Assembly: GCF_020745735.1 (NCBI RefSeq)
Contig: NC_083433.1
Coordinates: 12,659,363 to 12,723,362 of the forward strand
Source: Hemiscyllium ocellatum
Taxonomy: Eukaryota
Length of the DNA stretch: 64,000 bases
Reading direction: 5' to 3'
Position numbers and translations under genes: made by a program. The notes below the pieces were generated by a model. That model ran no database searches, was not told the DNA's origin, and worked only from the letters and a program-made list of their open reading frames with translations. Positions 52,101 to 64,000 of this stretch are shown one piece after another. How positions within the stretch are numbered: the stretch's first letter is position 1; every line of letters begins with the position of its first letter.

Positions 52101-52690
52101 TGGGCCAATGGGCCTGTTTCCACACTGTAGGGATTTATTCTATCCATAACCTCCTTGAGTTTGGATGTGAGGTTTGATTCTTGATCTAATGGGATCTTTG
52201 ATAGTCCACATCAAGTTTAAAAAAAAACACCATTTGATTAATTCCTCTATGACCCCTTTTTGCTGTGAGAGTGCATAATAGGACTGCCTCATCAATATGT
52301 TCATTGTTAATAATGCCTTATTCCAGCTTTTTTGATTGTGTAGGTTCCCTACCTCAAACAGACACTTGCAAAAGAATCCTCAAATGCTGGATTAGGTATT
52401 GAAGTGTGCAGGATTTATTACTGCCTGTGGTTTTCCAGTTTGTTGAAATTGGTGACACATCTGGCAAAATTCAACTACATCCTTATGCAGTCCAGGCCAG
52501 TAAAAGGGTCTTTGTATTTTAAGACAGTTTTCCCTCAAGCCTAGATGACCTCCAAGTGGTAGCTCAGGTGCCACTCAGCACCTCCTTTCAATCCCTACTG
52601 AAAAGAAAGCTGATGTATGTCTGCCTAGTTCTCATCTGCTTGAATGTGTGATGACCTCTATTTCCTCATTAAGAAGTCATTGTCATGGAA
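49137..52690 (-). mobile_element. Gypsy LTR retrotransposon remnant, Gmr1-like order INT-RT-RNaseH, with PPT and 3' LTR (49137..50262)
   Basis: Integrase zinc region (GGHLG...FYWPGLHKDVVEFC) at ~52400-52570, RT (VYIDD at ~51227-51241), RNase H (DASDVGVGAVL...YTDHNPL...DALSR*) at 50446-50826, then the purine tract gaggacggagg followed by a TG...CA LTR. Confidence 0.85.
50060..50096 (-). ncRNA. Minimal hammerhead ribozyme motif
   Basis: Reverse complement: ttc-CTGATGA-agggcttatgctc-GAAA-tg-TC-gaa. Confidence 0.6.
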
Positions 52691-53093
52691 CACGAAATTC
52701 AGGCTCAGTTTTTGGCAGCTGACTCCCATTCACTGAGGTGAATGTGATTAAAACTGCAATATCTTAGACCTACCATGCTCATGGGAAAGCTACACTGACT
52801 CCCAGGAAGGGAATAAAAGCACAAAACCCAAAATTGTTAGCCTTTTGAAAGATATCAGGAGAGAAAGATCCAGTGAAAAATCACTACTGGAATTTGGACA
52901 AAGCCAGAGATTATTCTGGAACAAATTCCAAACACTTGCAAAATGCAAATTGAAAAAAAGTTAAAGCCAGTGATCAGAACAGAGTGGGAGAGATCAATTT
53001 TTATTTCCAAATCACTTCACTACAAGCCTTTGGAAGAATTCTTCCAATGAGAGTTGGATACAAAACAGGCAAAGACTGCAGTCAGAGGTCCCA

Positions 53094-56525
<3,432 letters not shown>

Positions 56526-56614
56526 TTCACCAAAGCAAATGCTTTCCTCCAAAGAAAAACTCACCAAAAGCCAACACCAACTACATACACCTACTCCCCT
56601 CCATCAGATTTGAA

Positions 56615-56729
56615 CTTATACCTCAGGAGTTGAGCAGCAGCTCAATGACATAATCAGTGGTGACCAATCACTCTTGTTAATCAATCGATCAGCTGCCATG
56701 TCCAATCAAGTTTCAGTCAGCACAGGATG
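56615..56729 (-). promoter_or_regulatory. Ferritin copy 6 truncated promoter
   Basis: TATAAG, TGACATAA and two CCAAT boxes, then an abrupt join to exon 4 of copy 7. Confidence 0.65.
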
Positions 56730-57737
56730 TAGTCCCCAAGTCGCTTGATGATCTCAACCTCCCCATCCAAATAGTGGATCTCCAGGAAGTCACACAGCTG
56801 GAAGGTAGACAGAGAGTGTAAAATACTTCAAGAGGAGTCAGAATGGGGGTGGGGTGGGTAGCAATTTCTATCCAGTTTGGTCTCTATTCATGTTGTTGTT
56901 TTCAGTCTCCTGTCAAAAGTAAGCCATAACATTTGATGTTTCTCCCAGTTTGTATCACAACGTGCTAAAAGAGCTTACTGGGAGGGACAGTAAAGAGACA
57001 GACCTGGAAGTACATTGTGGTGTTATGCAAGGAATCATTTGGACTGTAGGCACGGAGATGGTAATGGATTAGAATGGTGCTGGAAAAGCACAGCAGGTCA
57101 GGCAGCACTCTGATTTTCCTGCTCCTCAAATGCTGCCTGACCTGCTGTGCTTTTCCAGCACCACTTTAATCCAGACTCGGGTTTCCAGCATCTGCAGTCC
57201 TTGTTTTTACCCACTGAGATGGTAGTGCGAATGGAAATGAAGCAGTTAGGAAGCACAGTGAGCAGATGAGATGTGGCCATCAAATGCAGGATACAATATT
57301 GGTCAGGTTCCAGAGGGCATTACCCCTCCTCTCAAAGTGACAGGAACGCCTTCCCGTGCAGCTGAGACATGGACAGACACCTTCAGCAGTTCACTGTAGT
57401 ACATCTCTCACTACAGTCAGTGCAGGGGGCCTGGAGCAGACCTGAGTCTATATCATGAGCTCATGTGAGACTACTCACTATGGAGGCACAGCTACTGTCA
57501 ATGAAATACTAGTTTAGTTTGCAATATCAAACAGCATTTCATATTGCTCATTTAATATCCTTATTTACAGCAATACTGGAATGTAGTTATTCAGGACAAA
57601 ACTGCAGTGGTTCCCTAATTGGTCTGTGGGTCTTTGCAATGATCAGGCCAGTGAGGTGTTGCCCTGAGGGTGTGGCAGTGATGAGAATTAGGAGGTGGTG
57701 AAGCTTACATGAGGGTCAGTCTGGGCAGTGGTGAGTT

Positions 57738-57947
57738 TTTGATTAGATTCCCTAGTGTGGAAACAGGCCCTTCAGCCCAACAGGTCCACACCAACACTCT
57801 GAAGAGTAACCCACTCAGACCCATTTCCCTCTAACGAATGCACCTAACACTATGGGCAATTTAGCATGGCCAATTCACCTAACCCGCACATCTTTGGACT
57901 GTGGGAGGAAACAGGAGCACCCGGAGGAAACCCACGCAGAATGTGCA
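57738..57947 (-). mobile_element. 5'-truncated V-SINE inserted inside exon 3 of copy 7
   Basis: Interrupts gagtt|ggtgtagatcc of exon 3. Confidence 0.85.
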
Positions 57948-58789
57948 TTGGTGTAGATCCAGCAAACTCTGGTTCACATTCTTCTCCAGATCCAGGGCAA
58001 ACTGTATTGCCTGCAGAACGTTACCCCACTCATCCCTCTCTGGCTTCTGAAACATGGAAACAAAGGACAGTTAAGGATCTGAACAGATCAGTGATCAGTT
58101 ATTGGGAGACTGCTGTCACCTTGTACATTTGTACTCAATGTTAAGGCACATGATAGTCAGAGACAGGCCAGTATATTCTTTACTGTGGCGTGAGTCTGTG
58201 GGATTCAATGCACCTCCTGTATAATTCAGCCCCTGCATAGCACATTTGAGACTCCTCTGTCCACAGAGCTGATCCGGAGAGATCAGACAGGAGAAACAGA
58301 TCTGGAAACAGGTCCGAAAAGTCAATTTGCATACCTGGTGCTTCAGGAAGTGAAAATCCTGTCACTGACTTGAAACCACATCATGAGAGCAGCCATTCCC
58401 CTCCCCTCCCCAACATCCCAACTGGAGGAGGACTCTGCCTCTACACTGATTCTGGAATTTCAGCAGCTTCTCTGCATGTTCCTGCTTTTTCTGGGACTGA
58501 GCTTTGAAGAACTGGGAGAAATGGTGCAGGGCAACATCATCCCGGTCAAAGTACGACATCTGAAAAAGGGAACAATTTAGATTCCATTGAACACATCACA
58601 CACAGTAATCCAAATATCCTCATTCTATAGTATAATAGGTGTGGTGATTCAATCAAATGTCTTTACTCCAGCCTCCAAGTGATTTAATTTCCCAGACAAC
58701 AAACTCAACTAGATATCCACTCTATCTACACCTCTCATCATCTTGGACACAGTAACAAAAGTCAAGGACAAACCATGAAGGGTCAGACA

Positions 58790-58861
58790 TTTCAGATGGG
58801 ACTTGAACCCACAATGCCTGCCTTAGGAGGCCAGTGCCTTATCCATTAGGGCCACTGGATT
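58790..58861 (-). pseudogene. Degenerate tRNA-Arg(CCT) copy
   Basis: Reverse complement tccagtggccctaatggataaggcactggcctCCTaaggcaggcattgtgggttcaagtcccatctg closely resembles vertebrate tRNA-Arg-CCT. Acceptor and anticodon stems are mismatched. Confidence 0.7.
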
Positions 58862-60014
58862 TCCAGCATCTGCAGTCCTCAGTTTGCCTAACCAACTCAA
58901 CTAGCTTCACAAATCTATATGCAGCAAGCCCAGGGATAGAAAAGAGATGACTGCCACATCCCAAGAAAAAAACCTAACCCATGAACACCTTTGCCCAATA
59001 CATCATTGAGCATCTAATTAGCCCACTAGCTGGTAACATACATGGACTGATATTCCAAAATCAAAGTTGGAATAGTGTTCTATTGCTAATGAATGTAAAG
59101 AGACAGCTGGAAAAACCATGTAACATTAATGTAGAAATGGGGGCAGAAGGGATGTCAGCGACATGACTTTAAATTGAATAAAGTACATACAAAAGATCCA
59201 AAAATAACTATGTAGTCTTTGCAGAGTAAATGATCACATTGGAATCAAAGAGTTGAAAAAAAAGGCATTGTCTACTGATGCAGAGGTGTACCTATCTTCA
59301 CTGAGGCATCAAGGGAGTCTGAAAACTGAACAGACCCAAAACACTCCAGCAAAGATATTAGATAATAGTCTCTCCCCACTGCACCTCAGCAAGACATCGT
59401 TTTCTTCAGATCAGTATATTCAGTTTTTATTGATATAAAAACAAACTTTATTCACAAAAATATCTTTATACACATTCATTGTCATTTTAGCAGTTCAGTT
59501 CCATTCCATACAGTAGCACATGAAGAAACAAGCCAACATTTGAGTTTGATCTATCCAGCAAAGACCCAGTTTTTAACCCCACAGAGACAACACTTACCAA
59601 AGACCAATGGAGAAGGAAGCAGTGAACTCCATGTTAATCTACTTGCCAACAGCAGCTTCACAATCCTGGTGATGGCTTTGACAAAACGGGGAGGCCATTT
59701 GACTAAAGTAGCACAAGGCCAGACTTGAACCCAGGTCCCTGGTGCTATAATGCAGCAGTGCTAACACTTAGCCAAATGGTGACTGATGAATAACGACTTT
59801 GTGGAACTTCCTGTGGTCACCTTGCAGATTCAATGAGACACAGGAAGATCAGTTTATAAACCAAGCCCCAATGTGTTTAGATGTCAAATCTCCGTGCCTT
59901 ACTAGTTGCTAGAATCATATGGTGCACTCACCATTGCATTATATCCATATTGAGTGGTTCATCATTTTAAGGATAGCAATCTTTACCACAAGAATCTGTT
60001 CCAAGGCCTCTGCT

Positions 60015-60928
60015 GTTTGTCATTTTTGGAAATAACCTGGATGAAGGCATAGCAGGATGGGTTAGCAAAATTGCAGTTGTGGATAGTGCAGAAAGATGTT
60101 GCAGGTTACAGAGGGACATAGATAAGCTGCAGAGCTGGGCTGAGAGGTGGCAAGTGGAGTTTAATGTGGAAAAGTGTTTGCTGATTCACTTTGGAAGGAG
60201 CAACAGGAATAAAGAGTACTGGGCTCATGGTAAGATTCTCGGTATTGCAGAGGAGCAGGGAGATCTCGGTGTCCAGGTACATTGATCCCTGAAAGTTGCC
60301 ACCCACGTTAAGGCGGCATACAGTGTGTTAGCTTTAATTGGTTGTGGGATTGAGTTTCGAAGCCAGGAGGTCATGTTTCAATTGTACAAAACTCTGGCGC
60401 AGCCGCACTTGGAGCATTATGTATAGTTCCTGTCACCACATTATAGGAAAAAACATGGAAACTTTGGAAAGGGTTCAGAGAAAATTTACTAAGATGTTGC
60501 CTGGTATGAAGGGAAGGTCTTATGAAAAAAGGCTGAGGGACTTGAGGCCGTTTGAGAGTGTGAGAGAGAGAGGGGATTGACATCATTGAGTCATACAAAG
60601 GAAATCAGAGGATTAGATAGGGCGGACAGTGAGAGCCTTTTTCCCTCAGATGGTGATGGCCAACATGAGGGGACATAGCTTTAAATTGAGAGGTGATGGG
60701 TATCAGTCAGATATCAGAGATAGCTTTTTGTATAAACTCAGTAATAGGGGGCGTGGAATGCACTGCTGCAACAGTAGTAGACTCACCAACTTTAAGGGCG
60801 TTTAAATGGTCATTGGATGAACATATGGATAAAAATGGAATAGTGTAGGTTAGATGGGCTTCACAATAGTTCCACAGGTCAGTGCAACATTGAGGGCCAA
60901 ATGGTCTGTACTGCACTGTAATGTTCTA
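60015..60928 (+). mobile_element. CR1 LINE 3' fragment
   Basis: LQRDIDKLQSWAERWQVEFNVEKC...LERVQRKFTKMLPG. Confidence 0.8.
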
Positions 60929-62092
60929 CTGAGTGCTCCTGAGGAGATATTTTCTGGCAGGTGCACATCAAATGAATAGCACAGAAGCTGGTCATTCAGC
61001 CCAATTGCTCTGTGCTGATGTACATATTGAGACAACATCGTCTCTAATGGGAGGGGAGTGGGGCTTGAAAGAAAACAAGGGAAGGGCTAGTTCAGTCAGA
61101 CTGGGGCTATAGCAGCAAAGCTCCAACCCCTGTTCCATTTGGGGGAATTTATGAAACTCTCGCCTCAGGCTTGTGACATAGTTACTGTCCAAGCTCACAC
61201 TAACTGCCCCTCTGTCCTCCTAGTGGCTCATTGGCAGACAGCTGCTGCCACGTAATTCCCCCACAGGCCAAGGACTGTTCAGCAATGGCTTGAACGCTGT
61301 TTCTAGAATGTTGCATATTGAACTTTACCAGACTGGGACTGGCAGGGTCAAAGGTCAGCACAGGAGCATTAGCATGGTTGTTGAATTTTATAATTGGTCA
61401 GTTCCCACTGCTGAGAGTGTCTTCTACCTGAGCTAACAGAGGATGGATGGTTTTGGTCAATTTGCTCTCTCCATTCCTTTCTAATAAAGAGTAGAGTTCC
61501 TGCTACTGTACAGGGAACCCCCTTCCTTCTACTTCAAGCAGAAAGTGGGCAAGGAAGAGAGAGACATGTACTTGTGGAATAATATGACAAATACTCTAGC
61601 TACGACAAGGAACATGAGATAGACCAAGCCAATACAAATAGAGCTTTAAATTGTATCAGCTTGCTTCTCCTCTAGGACCTACTAGATCAGAACTGGCTGA
61701 TTGGAGAGTTGGTCATTTGGGCCATCATATCTGCACCAGCCCCTCCTTCCCACACAGTGGAAAAGGAAGATTTTATTCTAATGGAGTTGTGTGCCCAATT
61801 CAGAACAGTTGGTGTGAAGCCCAGTTGACGTTGGCTCCAAACCAATTATTTACCATGTGTTCCAGATCTGCCTTGATAAATAAGGATCAAGCATAGAATG
61901 CAGGAACGGTTGCAAACATACATTTCAGGGAATCTAAGTTCTGCAATGGACATTAAAACCTGCATCAGTAATAGGACAAACATCAGACACAGGCAGATTA
62001 TTCTTTAATTATGTTCAAGTTATTCAACATAGCCACTTTTGACATTATCCAGAGAAAGAGGAAGTGGGACACTAACAGTATTCAATGCCCCA

Positions 62093-63426
<1,334 letters not shown>

Positions 63427-63609
63427 CTGAAAAGAAGAATTTCTATCCTGTTAACACATCACACACAATGACCCAAGTAATCCCAGACTTCTGGGTGATT
63501 CAGTGACAGAATTAAGGGTCTTTACTTGAGCAGTGTTGTTCCTCAGGACAAACTAGCTCAGCTAGCTTCACAACTATGCAGCAACTCTAGGGATAGAAAG
63601 GAGCTACAG

Positions 63610-64000
63610 TCATAGTCAAAGATGTACAGCATGGAAACAGACCCTCCGGTTCAACCTGTCCATGCCAACCAGATATCTCAACACAATCTAGTCCTACCTG
63701 CCAGCCTGTATTCCACCAAACCCTTCCTATACATATACCCATCCAGATGCCTTTTAAAATGTTCCAATTTTACCCACCTCCACCACTTCCCCAGCAGTTC
63801 ATTCCATACTCGTACCAGCCTCAGCGTGAAAAAAAATGCCCCTTGGGTCTCATCTTTCCCCTCTCACCCTAAACCTGTGCCCTCTAGTTCTGGACTTCCA
63901 GACCCCAGGGAAAAGGCTGTGTATTTATCTGATCCATGCCCATCATGATTTTGTAAACCTCGGACGCTCCAGGGAAAACAGCTGCAGCCTGTTCAGCCTC
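63610..64000 (-). mobile_element. CR1 3' fragment in intron 1 of copy 8
   Basis: Similar to 3470-3860. Confidence 0.7.

Larger units (their letters stand above)
56726..59698 (-). pseudogene. Ferritin copy 7 pseudogene; exons 59598..59698, ~58422..58559, 57709..58046 (SINE-interrupted), 56726..56797 (truncated)
   Basis: Exon 1 has TAG at codon 20 and is 101 nt. Exon 2 has lost DVK and its donor site. A SINE interrupts exon 3. Exon 4 is cut off by a deletion. Confidence 0.93.

Overview
Vertebrate genomic DNA, most likely an elasmobranch (shark): it carries HE1-type V-SINEs plus CR1, Penelope, Tx1, Rex1 and Gypsy repeats. The window is a tandem, head-to-tail array of eight 4-exon ferritin genes, all on the minus strand, with coding exons of 102/147/126/156 nt (176 aa, closest in style to middle-subunit/'heavy chain B' ferritin). 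Copies 1, 2, 3 and 6 have intact ORFs. Copy 8 is intact but its exon 1 lies beyond the window. Copies 4, 5 and 7 are disabled. The most notable feature is that all copies share an atypical protein: ferroxidase-centre changes E62K and Q141E (human H numbering), no L/M-type E57/E60 nucleation residues, R23K and an extra N-terminal Cys. The very short TATA-proximal 5'UTRs contain no iron-responsive element, and the promoters carry CRE-like, CCAAT and HNF4-type DR1 motifs. This suggests an amplified ferritin family uncoupled from IRP control, with a non-canonical role (inference). Other signals: Tx1-clade LINEs clustered around exon 1 of several copies, Penelope-derived hammerhead ribozyme motifs and palindromic elements, a Gmr1-type (INT-before-RT) Gypsy remnant, gene-conversion mosaics and a microhomology deletion joining two copies.
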